64,000 nt of DNA from Escherichia phage JEP6. The stretch is taken from sequence record MT764206.1; one strand, 5' to 3'. The notes below the pieces were generated by a model, which saw only the letters and a program-made list of their open reading frames with translations, was not told where the DNA came from and did no database searches. The translations under genes and the position numbers were made by a program. Of the stretch, positions 33,992 through 44,434 are shown in pieces. Every line of letters starts with the position of its first letter. The first letter of the stretch is position 1.

Positions 33992-34271
33992 ATTGAATCA
34001 CCTTCAGTTGACGTTTTAACTCTTTTATCATTTCTTCGTTCATCGCAATATAAAGATCGCGTAAAGCAGGTTTTAGCGTTCCATTTATTGGAGAACTAAA
34101 TGGACATACATAATCTTTTCCTACAAGCTTTTTGGCGAATTCCATATCGCAGAACTTAAATCCCGGCTCATTGGTATAAATTCCCCAATTAGTTGACATC
34201 ATTTTATTGGCATATTCTAGTGCCTGGATTTGATTCATAATTCCATCAATTTGAAACTTTTTAATATTCAT
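33975..34271 (-). CDS. hypothetical protein
   Basis: 98-aa ORF. Confidence 0.5.
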   Translation of the reverse strand: MNIKKFQIDGIMNQIQALEYANKMMSTNWGIYTNEPGFKFCDMEFAKKLVGKDYVCPFSSPINGTLKPALRDLYIAMNEEMIKELKRQLKVIQFGQGN

Positions 34272-34732
34272 TAGTAAAGGTCCTCAGAGTAAAGTTCTTT
34301 TTCACTACCACCACGTTCAATACGTACTTGTCCAGCGTAAGTTGCAATAATCATTGCTTCTTCACGTGTCCAATAATTACTATATTGGTCAATAAACCCT
34401 TGGTCATCATCACAAACTTGTTGAGTAACTAATTGAGGTTTAACTACATCTAAAACTTCTGCCATATCTTTAGAATAATGACGAGCACCTGGAATAATAA
34501 GAGTTCGTCCATCTTTTAATTTAAAACGGTTGGCTGCGCAAACAATTCGTCGTTGATACTTTTGATTTTCATCCCAATATGCAGTCTGCCAACAGATTTC
34601 AGGAACTTCTTTCAGAATATCTTCTTCTGTGCATTTATAACCATGCGCTTTAAATTTTTCAACAAGACTTTCTGGAGTTTCACGAGATAAAGGAACATTC
34701 AGCATTTTTAAACGATTAATAAATGGATTCAT
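34271..34732 (-). CDS. hypothetical protein
   Basis: 153-aa ORF. Confidence 0.5.
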   Translation of the reverse strand: MNPFINRLKMLNVPLSRETPESLVEKFKAHGYKCTEEDILKEVPEICWQTAYWDENQKYQRRIVCAANRFKLKDGRTLIIPGARHYSKDMAEVLDVVKPQLVTQQVCDDDQGFIDQYSNYWTREEAMIIATYAGQVRIERGGSEKELYSEDLY

Positions 34733-35058
34733 TTAAACCATCCTTTAATACGTTGCCACAAAGTTTTCTGTTGAGCTTTGTTAACGCCAATTGAGCGAAT
34801 AACCGGTTGAGATTCCTGGAATTCTTTATAATCAGCAAGGTAAATTTCGTAAGCTGCATCTGTAAAAGAACTTATCGCTGCCATGAAATTATTGCGAATA
34901 CCTACTGGAGCATCTTTACTTTCACGAATAATCATGTATTTACCAGTCTTAATCTTTACGATAGTTCCAAGATAAGCTCCATGATACCAGATGTCCCAAC
35001 CCTCTTGAGTAGGTTCTGCACAACGACGAAGTTCATTGACAATTTCTAACTTGTTCAT
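34729..35058 (-). CDS. hypothetical protein
   Basis: 109-aa ORF. Confidence 0.5.
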   Translation of the reverse strand: MNKLEIVNELRRCAEPTQEGWDIWYHGAYLGTIVKIKTGKYMIIRESKDAPVGIRNNFMAAISSFTDAAYEIYLADYKEFQESQPVIRSIGVNKAQQKTLWQRIKGWFK

Positions 35059-35068
35059 TATTTATTCC

Positions 35069-35704
35069 TCACAGTTCAGATGCTACAGTGATTACGGCTT
35101 CAATGTTTTCTGCCGAGCGTTTAATGTCAAGATACACATTACCGTTTTTAGCGATTTTACATGACATTCCGATATCAGTAAATTTCTGAATATGATGTTC
35201 CATCATTTTGTATCCAAAAATTCGCATATTTCCGTTGTTGTTAATTTCAAAATTACGAATTCCGTGAGTGCGTTTTTCTAAAATAGCAAGATAGTTACTG
35301 CGGTAAGTTTCAACCTTTTTAAGAACAAATCCATTTTCATCTAACAGTTTTAACATGAAGTCTTTATCTTCTTCCATATCAGAAGTAATCTCGCGAGCTT
35401 TACGAGTTGCTCGTTTTTTCAGCAGTTCAGGAGCATTTTCCTGTGCATATAAAGTTGCTGCATTTGAAATAATATCCTGAGCTTCACCAGTAATGATTAA
35501 TCCATCACCAGATTTCTCCACCAGGCCTTTTTTAATCAATACCCCAATATTACTATTAACTACTGCGTTACCTAAATCTGGATGCACCTCACGAACTTCT
35601 GCGGCTGTAATGAAATCTTTCTTAGCAATGGTAATTAAAATCGCAGCAGTTTTTTCATTCAGAACATCGTTAGAAGCTTTGATGATGTAAGTTACTTTAG
35701 ACAT
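35069..35704 (-). CDS. motA: middle-transcription activator MotA
   Basis: 211 aa; early promoter and terminator cassette upstream. Confidence 0.9.
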   Translation of the reverse strand: MSKVTYIIKASNDVLNEKTAAILITIAKKDFITAAEVREVHPDLGNAVVNSNIGVLIKKGLVEKSGDGLIITGEAQDIISNAATLYAQENAPELLKKRATRKAREITSDMEEDKDFMLKLLDENGFVLKKVETYRSNYLAILEKRTHGIRNFEINNNGNMRIFGYKMMEHHIQKFTDIGMSCKIAKNGNVYLDIKRSAENIEAVITVASEL

Positions 35705-35739
35705 TTTCTAATCTCCGTAATTCTGTATCAGTAGTTGAT

Positions 35740-35776
35740 AGTTGTATAGTACCACAGTATGCTTTGGTTGTAAACC
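35740..35776 (-). promoter_or_regulatory. early promoter for motA
   Basis: GGTTTACA ... TGGTACTATACAA. Confidence 0.6.
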
Positions 35777-35796
35777 GTTTTGTGAAAAAATTTTAA

Positions 35797-35824
35797 AATA
35801 AAAAGGGAGAGCCGAGGCTCTCCC
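35797..35824 (-). terminator. rho-independent terminator
   Basis: Hairpin GGGAGAGCC-TCG-GCTCTCCC then T-run. Confidence 0.7.
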
Positions 35825-35829
35825 TAAAA

Positions 35830-35979
35830 TTACTGCATGACTGTGATAACTATCATGATAACACGTTGAATTCCGAACGCAAGAAGACCTCCTGCTACAG
35901 CTGGAACAACACCTAAACCCGCCAGTAAAATGCCACCGGATACTAATGCAGCGCTTGTAATACCTATAAATGGACTCAT
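35830..35979 (-). CDS. small hydrophobic membrane protein
   Basis: 49-aa Gly/Ala/Val-rich ORF; ATG overlaps gp52 stop; terminator follows. Confidence 0.4.
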   Translation of the reverse strand: MSPFIGITSAALVSGGILLAGLGVVPAVAGGLLAFGIQRVIMIVITVMQ

Positions 35980-37304
35980 TTGATTTCCTCTAAATCTTTG
36001 GTGTATTCTGTAACTACATCAGTAGTTTTCCAATATTCATTTTCTTCTTTCTTAGCTTTAGCTTCTTCAGCAAGTTTCTTTGCTTCATCAGAAGTCATAT
36101 GAAAAATATTCATTCCAACTAGTTTATCAACATAAGAAGAATACATATCAATTTTAGAAAGTTCTTCGGTCAGTTCTTTGCGAGTTTTACCCTGCACAAC
36201 AATTTCACCTGAAATTACTTTCTTAATGAAATGTGCCTTGGCAAAGGCTAAACGAAATGCTGATTCAGTTTCTTTGATTTTGTTATCAATTCGTTTTTGG
36301 ACATAAGTTTTACGAACTTCAACGAAGTCTTTGATTAAATCAACTACGTTATCGTAAACTTGCAGCTTTCCTTTCTCATTAATAACGGTAATATTTTGGG
36401 AACGACGCTCAATCAACCCAAAGTCTTTCATAATTTTTGCATGGCGTTCTTCTTCATTATCGCTCAAAGAGTATTCTTTTCGGAATTTAACTTTGAATCC
36501 AAAACCATGCTCACCACAAGCATCATCCCATGTAATGAAGCCTTTATCTTCAAGTGGGTCTAAGATTTTACTCACATAAGTTTCACGATCATACTTATAC
36601 GGAATCTCAGTGATATGCATTTGAGTTCGTGAAGTAAACTTATATGTTCCACGAATTTCATATTGCCCATCAATTTCAACGACTTCACCGCGAAATTCTG
36701 GGAATTCTACCTTCGGTTTAGTTACTTTCTTTCCTTGAAGAGCTTGCAGTACAGCTTTCTTGACAGAAGAAACACTATGAGGAAGAATGTAAGTTGCATA
36801 ACCAGTTGCAATACCGGAAACACCATTAAGAAGAACAGTAGGAATAATAGGCAAATAGAAAGCAGGAGGAATGTGTTCTTTATCTTGATGTACCGGAGCA
36901 TATTCAGTATCTTTATATACGTTATAGAAATTTTTACTTACACGAGCAAAAATATAACGACTTGCTGCTGCTTTTTGAACGGTACGAGAACCAAAGTTTC
37001 CTTGACCATCTAACAGAGGAAAGTTATTATTCCAAGTGTTAGCCATCAAAGCACCTGCATCTTGTGCAGAGTTTTCACCATGATGATATCCAAGGTCCGC
37101 TACACCACCTGCAATAGAAGCGAGTTTGTGAAACTTATCTTTATTTCCTCGTGCCAAATCAAGAGCTCGAGCAATAACAAATCGTTGAACTGGCTTAAAT
37201 CCATCAATCATATTTGGAATAGCACGATTTTCAACCGTGTACATAGCATAAGCCAATGCTTCATTATCAATGATACTTTTTAAATCGCGATTATTCAGTT
37301 GCAT
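35976..37304 (-). CDS. 52: DNA topoisomerase II medium subunit gp52 (GyrA-like)
   Basis: 442 aa. Confidence 0.9.
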   Translation of the reverse strand: MQLNNRDLKSIIDNEALAYAMYTVENRAIPNMIDGFKPVQRFVIARALDLARGNKDKFHKLASIAGGVADLGYHHGENSAQDAGALMANTWNNNFPLLDGQGNFGSRTVQKAAASRYIFARVSKNFYNVYKDTEYAPVHQDKEHIPPAFYLPIIPTVLLNGVSGIATGYATYILPHSVSSVKKAVLQALQGKKVTKPKVEFPEFRGEVVEIDGQYEIRGTYKFTSRTQMHITEIPYKYDRETYVSKILDPLEDKGFITWDDACGEHGFGFKVKFRKEYSLSDNEEERHAKIMKDFGLIERRSQNITVINEKGKLQVYDNVVDLIKDFVEVRKTYVQKRIDNKIKETESAFRLAFAKAHFIKKVISGEIVVQGKTRKELTEELSKIDMYSSYVDKLVGMNIFHMTSDEAKKLAEEAKAKKEENEYWKTTDVVTEYTKDLEEIK

Positions 37305-37308
37305 AAAT

Positions 37309-37449
37309 TTACCATACTAGTGAATGTAGTGCCATAATAACATCAGAAATGAAAAGCACGACTTGAATTAATCCGAACATTACTCCATAATATAGTGCTA
37401 CCAATAAAGCAGCAAGGGCTACCGAGTAGCCCAAGATTTTCTTAATCAT
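37309..37449 (-). CDS. small membrane protein
   Basis: about 46-aa hydrophobic ORF by manual translation; coordinates +/-3 nt. Confidence 0.35.
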   Translation of the reverse strand: MIKKILGYSVALAALLVALYYGVMFGLIQVVLFISDVIMALHSLVW

Positions 37450-37597
37450 TAGATAACAACGCAAATGTTAAATATGCACACATACCCTGGGCTAAAGCTT
37501 GTGAAAACACACTGCTAGCATCGATACAGATAGTTAAAACACATGCTACTATCCAACAAATAAATGAAATAACTCCTAATAATTTTGCGATATTCAT
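37442..37597 (-). CDS. ac: small membrane protein (Ac-like)
   Basis: 51-aa hydrophobic ORF between 52 and stp, matching expected ac position. Confidence 0.45.
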   Translation of the reverse strand: MNIAKLLGVISFICWIVACVLTICIDASSVFSQALAQGMCAYLTFALLSND

Positions 37598-37604
37598 ATT
37601 TTCC

Positions 37605-37685
37605 TCACTGGCGTCCGAAGACGCCTTTGGTTTTAAGATTGTTACGATAGAACTGCATCACGTGTTCGTTGTGGAAATTACTCAT
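37605..37685 (-). CDS. stp: Stp 26-residue peptide
   Basis: Manual translation gives [26 protein letters not shown]; below ORF-track size cutoff; TAATG coupling to ndd. Confidence 0.8.
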
Positions 37686-38143
37686 TAATATGCCTGCAAA
37701 ACAAATTTAAAGTTATCAGCCAACATACGGTTCATTTCTTCAAGTGTTTGATAATCAGAATGATGATTACGAGTAAACGCTAAAGCTAACTGACCTTTTC
37801 CAAATCCCGTCGTCAGAGGTTTCATCTTAGAAGCAGGTAGATAAAATACCGTGTATGGAACATTGTTATTTGCAATAGTACGCGCAAGCTGAGATCGACG
37901 CTGGCGAATATGACTTAAAACCGCACTGAATCCTTGCTTAGAACGCTGATTACCTACATAAAATCGTGCAGACACACATGGATTACTAAATGGACGACCA
38001 TCTAATTTACTCACTAAAAAGTAAAATCCAGGTTTAGATAAAATATCTTTATGCGGAGTTCCCAAAAACCATTCACCGTTCTTGATTGTACCAATAACGG
38101 TAGCGCCTGCATCATTCAGATCAGTAACAGTCATATATTTCAT
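37685..38143 (-). CDS. ndd: nucleoid disruption protein Ndd
   Basis: about 152 aa from MKYMTVTDL. Confidence 0.8.
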
Positions 38144-38203
38144 ATTAATTTCCTCTAAATTATTTTCTACTCCAAGGCCGCATGAATACACACGGCCATT
38201 AAA

Positions 38204-38419
38204 TTAATCGTCGCAGTCGACGCTCAATTCCCAAAACTCTTCTACGGTATAAGTTTCAGTATCATTTTCAATACAGAAACGTTCATTACTATTATTTGCT
38301 AAAGTAGCATTAACTGTCGGTTTCTCGCTAGTGCTCTTAAGAGGTGAAATACGAATTAACTGATCACCGTTATCTAAACAGAAAATTTCACCAACTTTTA
38401 CATCTTTAAAGCTTTTCAT
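38204..38419 (-). CDS. hypothetical protein
   Basis: 71-aa ORF. Confidence 0.5.
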   Translation of the reverse strand: MKSFKDVKVGEIFCLDNGDQLIRISPLKSTSEKPTVNATLANNSNERFCIENDTETYTVEEFWELSVDCDD

Positions 38420-38521
38420 AATTCACCTCAAGGAGTATAAAATCCAAATGCAGTTGTTGACCATCCCATCCAATATGGGAAATTTGCACCAATGTAAAAC
38501 ATAAGAATTTTAGTAAATTCA

Positions 38522-38740
38522 TCATTTTACACCATTCCAAATTGTTTCAACTACGGATTTTAAACCATTTTGATGAATATCAATTCCGACAACTGCCATC
38601 AAATAGATTCCAACTACAACTGAACCCAAGGCGAAAATCAGCATGAAAATGAATAAAGCCGGAAAAATATTATCGAAAAACCATTCAATAAATGTAAAAG
38701 CACTGCGTTTACGCTTCATATTTTCCTCACATAAATCCAA
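38522..38740 (-). CDS. small membrane protein
   Basis: 72-aa ORF with central hydrophobic helices. Confidence 0.45.
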   Translation of the reverse strand: MDLCEENMKRKRSAFTFIEWFFDNIFPALFIFMLIFALGSVVVGIYLMAVVGIDIHQNGLKSVVETIWNGVK

Positions 38741-38840
38741 AGTAAACGTTTAATACATCAATCATTAAAACGATTGGGAATATACTCAAAACTATTAGTA
38801 TTATAACTACATTCCATATAGCTTTAACAATCTTTTTCAT
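38727..38840 (-). CDS. small membrane protein
   Basis: ORF track 38727..38975; start moved to MKKIVKA (GGAGG upstream) because an early promoter lies at 38862..38897. Confidence 0.4.
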   Translation of the reverse strand: MKKIVKAIWNVVIILIVLSIFPIVLMIDVLNVYFGFM

Positions 38841-38861
38841 TTTCTGTTCCTCCGTAGTTGA

Positions 38862-38897
38862 TAGGATAATAATACCACAGAGGAACAGTCTTGTAAA
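38862..38897 (-). promoter_or_regulatory. early promoter
   Basis: GTTTACA ... TGGTATTATTAT. Confidence 0.5.
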
Positions 38898-39083
38898 CAA
38901 CTTTTTTAAAAATATTCGTAATAAATGTGAATACCAACTACTACCGCTGAAACCTGTGCAACCCACCACGCACAAGCAATAAGTACAGAATTCATAATTT
39001 TCATAATAACCTCATTACAAAAGTAAATGTTAAACAAATTACTGGAATACTAATTAACCAAACAAAACACCACCATAATGAAC

Positions 39084-39347
39084 TCATAGCTCAATCTCAA
39101 TGATTTCAAGATTATTTTCTTTAATAGCTTTCTTTAAATCATCGTAAATAAGAACTTCCCAAGAATTGTTTAAATCACCATTCAACAAACGCTCTTGTTG
39201 CAATTTATCAGTAAGATATGGTTGATCTGATTCATATTTAGACAATCCCAATGAAATAAATGATGTTGCATCATCAATTTCAGAATATTGTACATAAACA
39301 AATTCACCTGTGATTTTATGTTTAACATAAAAGAATTTAAATTTCAT
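39084..39347 (-). CDS. hypothetical protein
   Basis: 87-aa ORF with GGAGGA Shine-Dalgarno and early promoter upstream. Confidence 0.5.
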   Translation of the reverse strand: MKFKFFYVKHKITGEFVYVQYSEIDDATSFISLGLSKYESDQPYLTDKLQQERLLNGDLNNSWEVLIYDDLKKAIKENNLEIIEIEL

Positions 39348-39369
39348 TTTTACTCCTCCGTAGCTGATA

Positions 39370-39406
39370 GTTGTATAGTACCACAGTCCTTGTGGTATGT
39401 AAACTG
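39370..39406 (-). promoter_or_regulatory. early promoter
   Basis: GTTTACA ... TGGTACTATACAA. Confidence 0.55.
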
Positions 39407-39420
39407 TTTTGTGAAAATTT

Positions 39421-39978
39421 TTAAATGGAAAGATACCATCCGTTGTAGTTGCTTTTTCTTACAACCTTACGAAGGTCTTCTCTGTCACCGATGAACTTCG
39501 GAGTGTACTGGATGACACCTGGATGAATTTCTTTAGTGTTGAATATAATTATACAGTCAGCGACTTGATGATTTAGAATGGGCCCTAGATTTATTCCAGA
39601 ACCATATGGATACTCTCCGCTGCATCCGGTTGTTACCGAAATCCAACGTGAGTCAGTTTGATGTGTCTTAACTTCTACACGAAGCCCGCAGTATTTTGGA
39701 TGTGCTAAAACATCCCATGCATATGTGTACGGATCATCGACATCTTCTTGGCCTTTATTGACATATCCGCTTAGCCAATCTGCCACAAAAAACTCTGCGT
39801 ACACAGCGATACGGCATCTTTCGATAACTTCTGCTTTATCCTGGTTCGGGTTTTGTTTTAAAGAGTATCTTGCTGTATCAGCAATTTTGACCTTCATTTC
39901 ACTAGTCAAGTCACTGTTCGATAGGGTAAATGTCGGAATCTGAAATAGTCTCTGTAAACCTGGATTCGTTTTCTGCAT
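39421..39978 (-). CDS. denB: endonuclease IV
   Basis: 185 aa. Confidence 0.8.
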   Translation of the reverse strand: MQKTNPGLQRLFQIPTFTLSNSDLTSEMKVKIADTARYSLKQNPNQDKAEVIERCRIAVYAEFFVADWLSGYVNKGQEDVDDPYTYAWDVLAHPKYCGLRVEVKTHQTDSRWISVTTGCSGEYPYGSGINLGPILNHQVADCIIIFNTKEIHPGVIQYTPKFIGDREDLRKVVRKSNYNGWYLSI

Positions 39979-40240
39979 TTAGACTTTCCTTTTTACCACT
40001 AAGATAAGCGTTATATACTTTAAGAGTACCATAATAAATTCGATCATTTTCATCTAAAGAATTATGATCAAGTTCATCGAGATTCTTTTTATCCATGACT
40101 ATAATATCATTGCAGTAAAGAAACCCAAGTTTTTCGTGACCAAACTCAAATTTATTGCAGTACACAATATTAGCGTGATGATTTCCGTGCAGTTTAATCT
40201 CTTTTATGTCGGAATCACCGATATTCATACAATAAATCAT
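39911..40240 (-). CDS. hypothetical protein
   Basis: 109-aa ORF; 68-nt overlap with denB start. Confidence 0.45.
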   Translation of the reverse strand: MIYCMNIGDSDIKEIKLHGNHHANIVYCNKFEFGHEKLGFLYCNDIIVMDKKNLDELDHNSLDENDRIYYGTLKVYNAYLSGKKESLNAENESRFTETISDSDIYPIEQ

Positions 40241-40258
40241 AATTTTTCCTTAAAACAA

Positions 40259-40282
40259 AAGGGCCGAAGCCCTTTATTTTAC
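40259..40282 (-). terminator. hairpin with T-runs on both strands (possible bidirectional terminator)
   Basis: GGGCCGAAGCCC flanked by A-run and T-run. Confidence 0.4.
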
Positions 40283-40473
40283 TTGAATTGTGCAATTCTT
40301 TTCTCTAGACATTCAGCATAAGATTTCATTGAGATGAACTGTGAAAGTAGAAGTTCTTGCTCAACTGCACTAACCGTTAGAAACTTTGTGCTTTCTAAAA
40401 ATTTGCTCAGTGCATTAATTTTGAGCATTAATTGATCGTATTCTTCTTTTACTCGTGCTTGATAACCTAACAT
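40279..40473 (-). CDS. hypothetical protein
   Basis: 64-aa ORF flanked by hairpins. Confidence 0.45.
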   Translation of the reverse strand: MLGYQARVKEEYDQLMLKINALSKFLESTKFLTVSAVEQELLLSQFISMKSYAECLEKRIAQFK

Positions 40474-40505
40474 AATTTTCCTTAATGTGATAAGGGCCGA
40501 AGCCC

Positions 40506-41444
40506 TTATTTAAATTGTTCAGTAACGTCTTCAACTACTTCGTATTGGCAGGTACGCATTTTAGCATCGTTGTAATCAATCGGAATTGATACTACATCAC
40601 GCGGATGTACTTTAACTTTTACAACTCGGCTGGTTGAACTGCCAAAGTGACGAATATAAGATTTAGAACACACATGCAGACCATGAGAACAAGTTTGTGT
40701 ATCATCGTCATTCACACGAGTACGTGGCATTTTAACTACTTTACCAGGACTATTATCAAAAGTATTTGAATGACAGTCAAAGTAATTGCTGCGAACTACT
40801 TTCCAAGCATAGAAGTAACCGTCTTCTGTAATTTCAATATCGTTTGCTACCAAGAAATCAAAGAGTCGAGATACCGCTTTTTGACTCGGGTTTTCCAACA
40901 GATTTTCCAAGAACGGAAAATAAAATTCAAAGTTTTCGCCTTTTTCCATCGAATCGAGAATACGATCAACTAAACCAGACCGCAATTCAATATTTTGATA
41001 GAACAAGCTTCCACCTTCAATTCGAACATCACCGGAAATATATTTTTCAACAGCGCGACGAACGTTAATTTTTTGTGCCGCTTCTTCCAATTTATCTGCA
41101 ACAAGCAGATTAAGAATTTCCTGGAAGTTTGAATGAGTATTAGGAGTTGCGTTATAAGTTACACCGTCAACAGTAATTGAAATGAATTTTTTAGATGCAT
41201 TCCAAATAATGTCAGATTTAGCAACTGGAGCAATAACTGCATCGCTATTAACTTTAACTGTAATATCACCGCTAATGGTAACTTTGGAACGCTCAGCTTC
41301 TTCAGCATTTTTCAAAACACGACGGATTGTGTCAACCGATACACCTTGCCAATCAGCCAATTCCTGTTGGGTATAATTACCACTTGAATACAGTTTAACA
41401 ATTTCAGCTTGTTCGTTTTTGGTCAGGCATTTAATGTTGTACAT
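40506..41444 (-). CDS. rIIB: rIIB membrane-associated protein
   Basis: 312 aa. Confidence 0.9.
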   Translation of the reverse strand: MYNIKCLTKNEQAEIVKLYSSGNYTQQELADWQGVSVDTIRRVLKNAEEAERSKVTISGDITVKVNSDAVIAPVAKSDIIWNASKKFISITVDGVTYNATPNTHSNFQEILNLLVADKLEEAAQKINVRRAVEKYISGDVRIEGGSLFYQNIELRSGLVDRILDSMEKGENFEFYFPFLENLLENPSQKAVSRLFDFLVANDIEITEDGYFYAWKVVRSNYFDCHSNTFDNSPGKVVKMPRTRVNDDDTQTCSHGLHVCSKSYIRHFGSSTSRVVKVKVHPRDVVSIPIDYNDAKMRTCQYEVVEDVTEQFK

Positions 41445-41455
41445 AATTTTCCTTA

Positions 41456-43633
41456 TTAGGCCGCAAGGGCCTTCATAGTTTTAGCGATTTGGGAAACTTC
41501 ATCATCACTTAAAGAGTTGCGATAACCGATGAAGTCGGAAACAATACGGAATTTCTTGGTAAACTCAGCAACCATTTTATCACTGTTTTTTGAAGCATTA
41601 TTTGATAATACATCAAAAAGATTAGTTACTGTCCAGATGTCATGACCGATGGTATCTTTTCCACCGTTGAAATATACACCCTGTAATGAACTAACCATAT
41701 TAGCGAGTCGTGTATATTCTTCAGAAACTTCATCTACACTGAAGTACTTCATCATAAAATCTAGCTCAGGATACTTGATAATTTTATCAATATATCGTTT
41801 AGCTGAACTTGAATAACCTACATACTTATCATAATCTACATCATCAAAAGCATCTACATATAAATCACGCAGAGTTTCAAAAATACATTGGCACTGACCG
41901 AGTTCTTTTACCTTTTTCTGTAAAAGCGGACGAATAACATAAAATTCATTAATGCCAATAAGATTAGCCATACGAATCAAAATATTCATAGATGGATGAC
42001 AAAGCGATGTAGTACCATCCATAGAGAAAATATCAGAACGATGCATATACGCTACATAACCAGTAATTTCATCTGCTTCTGACGTAAGTGTAAACAGTTC
42101 CTCTTTTTCCCAGCGCCCATCTTTAATTTCAAACTTAAATGCTGTAGCAGCTTTAGGACGAGGAGCTTTACTTTTTACTGCCTTTGGAATATAACTTTTA
42201 ACTAAAGCTTCAATTTCTGACAAATAATGAATGTTAACTTCATCATTTTCAAACATTGCCATAATATCAGGGAGTAAATCAATCTGTGATTCTACTTCCG
42301 GATTAATAAACAGAAGACGTTCGTTATGATGAATATTCAGAGTGTTATTAAATTCACTATCATCTAATGCACGTGCTAATCCACGAACAATATTAACACG
42401 ATTTTTAATATTATCAATAACGACATTAATTTTTGTTGTATTAATACCAAACAGACGATAACTTGATGCGACGGCTGAAGTTTCATGACTTTGCTTAATG
42501 CGTTTCAGTCGAGGGTCAAGATTTACTTCATACACAACCCCTGCATTGCATAACTTACTGTCAGGTTCAAACATGCTCTGCATCTTTTTATATGACAGAT
42601 TTTTAGTCGTGAATTTGACTGAATTACTAATCATATAATCTCGAGCAGAATACCCCATCTTCATCAATTCACGGTATGTGTGACGAGGAGATGTAGATTC
42701 TTTAAATCGTTTTACATCTTCATTAAATGCTTTCTCACTAAGCTCTTTAACACGCTCAATAATATTTTTACGGGTACGATCATCTAGTGAAAGAGCTTCA
42801 CGTGATGGAGCAATATCAAGTGAACCCATTGGAAACTTAATGTAATTCACTTCATTGCGAATGCTTAACCAGTTACGGTCTCTAATAACACCATCGATAG
42901 GATAAACGATACCGCCGTAGATAGCATACAATCCACCACGATCTGGCCAGTATCTTTCTGGATTTACGCCGTAATAATCATCAAAATCCGGAAAATAATC
43001 AATTTCGCGGTCAAGACCATTAATGATAGCCAAATCTTTGAATGGTCGCATGATATAAGAAACTTCATAAGCAAAGTTTCTAAAGTCTTTTTCTTCAACT
43101 GGAACTACGATTTCAATACCAGTTTTATCGTCTGGACCCATTTCTTTCACGAATGTAGGTTTAATTTGTGGACCATCGCCATCCATGTAAGCTACATAAC
43201 CACGAATTTCACCTTTATGATACGAAGTAATACTAAATGTATCAGTATAACTAAACGGAGATTTAGAACCTAAACCAAATCCGCCAATGAAATCGTTAGA
43301 TTCAGCTTTAGATGAACTGAAGTATGAATTATACAACCCAGGAGAATTATCATCACCCTGAATATCAAAATCACTCATACCCGGACCAAAATCTCGACAA
43401 ACAAATCGTGGGTCTAAACGTCCTGGAACTTGTATGATAAATTTTTCAGGATTTCCATTGAGAGCATGGGCATCAATCATGTTAGTAATCAATTCACGGA
43501 CTACTGCGCGAATCTTGTTTGTATACAAATCAGATGATAGAATTTTAAATACTTTAGGAGATGCTGTGATGCTAAATGCTTTTGATTTAGAACCATTACC
43601 AAGAATTGTTTCTTTTTCAGTGGTGATAATCAT
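41456..43633 (-). CDS. rIIA: rIIA protein
   Basis: 725 aa. Confidence 0.9.
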   Translation of the reverse strand: MIITTEKETILGNGSKSKAFSITASPKVFKILSSDLYTNKIRAVVRELITNMIDAHALNGNPEKFIIQVPGRLDPRFVCRDFGPGMSDFDIQGDDNSPGLYNSYFSSSKAESNDFIGGFGLGSKSPFSYTDTFSITSYHKGEIRGYVAYMDGDGPQIKPTFVKEMGPDDKTGIEIVVPVEEKDFRNFAYEVSYIMRPFKDLAIINGLDREIDYFPDFDDYYGVNPERYWPDRGGLYAIYGGIVYPIDGVIRDRNWLSIRNEVNYIKFPMGSLDIAPSREALSLDDRTRKNIIERVKELSEKAFNEDVKRFKESTSPRHTYRELMKMGYSARDYMISNSVKFTTKNLSYKKMQSMFEPDSKLCNAGVVYEVNLDPRLKRIKQSHETSAVASSYRLFGINTTKINVVIDNIKNRVNIVRGLARALDDSEFNNTLNIHHNERLLFINPEVESQIDLLPDIMAMFENDEVNIHYLSEIEALVKSYIPKAVKSKAPRPKAATAFKFEIKDGRWEKEELFTLTSEADEITGYVAYMHRSDIFSMDGTTSLCHPSMNILIRMANLIGINEFYVIRPLLQKKVKELGQCQCIFETLRDLYVDAFDDVDYDKYVGYSSSAKRYIDKIIKYPELDFMMKYFSVDEVSEEYTRLANMVSSLQGVYFNGGKDTIGHDIWTVTNLFDVLSNNASKNSDKMVAEFTKKFRIVSDFIGYRNSLSDDEVSQIAKTMKALAA

Positions 43634-43643
43634 AATTTCCTCA

Positions 43644-43847
43644 TTAATTCATATTGCGTTTAATAACTTCAGCAACTTCTAGTAGTTCATCTTTAGTTGC
43701 GGTGTCGGATTGAATTTTATCTCTAATATCCTTAAAGCGGTTTTTAAATTCTTCGGCTTCTCCCATATCGAAAAAGCGTTGAATGATTCTATATTCTCGA
43801 TGAACTGCTTTATCAAAAAGTTCTAAATTTACTCTATATGATTTCAT
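43644..43847 (-). CDS. hypothetical protein (rIIA.1-like)
   Basis: 67-aa ORF. Confidence 0.5.
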   Translation of the reverse strand: MKSYRVNLELFDKAVHREYRIIQRFFDMGEAEEFKNRFKDIRDKIQSDTATKDELLEVAEVIKRNMN

Positions 43848-43869
43848 TTCAATATCCTCATTTGCCCAA

Positions 43870-43904
43870 TTAATTATACCACATCCTTGTGGTAAAGTAA
43901 ACTA
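43870..43904 (-). promoter_or_regulatory. early promoter for rIIA region, overlapping 3' end of gene 60
   Basis: GTTTAC ... TGGTATAATTA. Confidence 0.5.
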
Positions 43905-44246
43905 CTGGCTCATCCATTCTTTACGAAGGTCAGCATTATCTCCCATGAGCATTTCAAAAAGCTCTTTCCAGTTCTCAGGAAGTTTAACAACATCATAAAC
44001 TGGGTTCTGAATCATTTCACGGTATTCAGATTTTTCCAAAGAGCCAAGTCCCTTAATATAACGGATGCTATGTTTAGGTAGAGCATCTTTGGCACTCTCA
44101 TATTCAGCGACTGTATAAAACCATTCTTGTTTTTTACCGACCTGAGCGATGATTACAGGAGTTTTGACAAAGCGAATTCTTCCTTGTTCAAACAGTTCTG
44201 GCCAATTACTAAAAAATCCGAGCAGAGAAGGATAAATAGAACCTAA
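43902..44246 (-). CDS. 60: topoisomerase II small subunit gp60, segment after translational bypass (codons 47-160)
   Basis: Frame resumes with TTA GGT (LGSIYPSL...) after landing GGA; ends ...KEWMSQ TAG. Confidence 0.85.
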   Translation of the reverse strand, partial: LGSIYPSLLGFFSNWPELFEQGRIRFVKTPVIIAQVGKKQEWFYTVAEYESAKDALPKHSIRYIKGLGSLEKSEYREMIQNPVYDVVKLPENWKELFEMLMGDNADLRKEWMSQ

Positions 44247-44296
44247 TCCAATAATCTCTTAATTATGAGGTATTTCAATGGATAGCCCGAAGGCTA
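44247..44296 (-). other. 60: 50-nt translational bypass coding gap of gene 60
   Basis: Take-off GGA 44297-44299, TAG 44294-44296, hairpin CCTTCGGGCTATCC at 44281-44293, landing GGA 44247-44249. Confidence 0.85.
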
Positions 44297-44434
44297 TCCA
44301 TCGTGATCTGCGTCTGTCATAATAGCGACATTCGCATAGTTCATTGAAGAGGATTTAATAGAACGACGAACATTGTTCTGCGATTTATATTTTTTCATAT
44401 CAATGCTAGAAGAATCAATTTTTACAAATTTCAT
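44297..44434 (-). CDS. 60: gp60 segment before bypass (codons 1-46)
   Basis: MKFVKIDSSS...TDADHDG ending at take-off Gly46. Confidence 0.85.
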
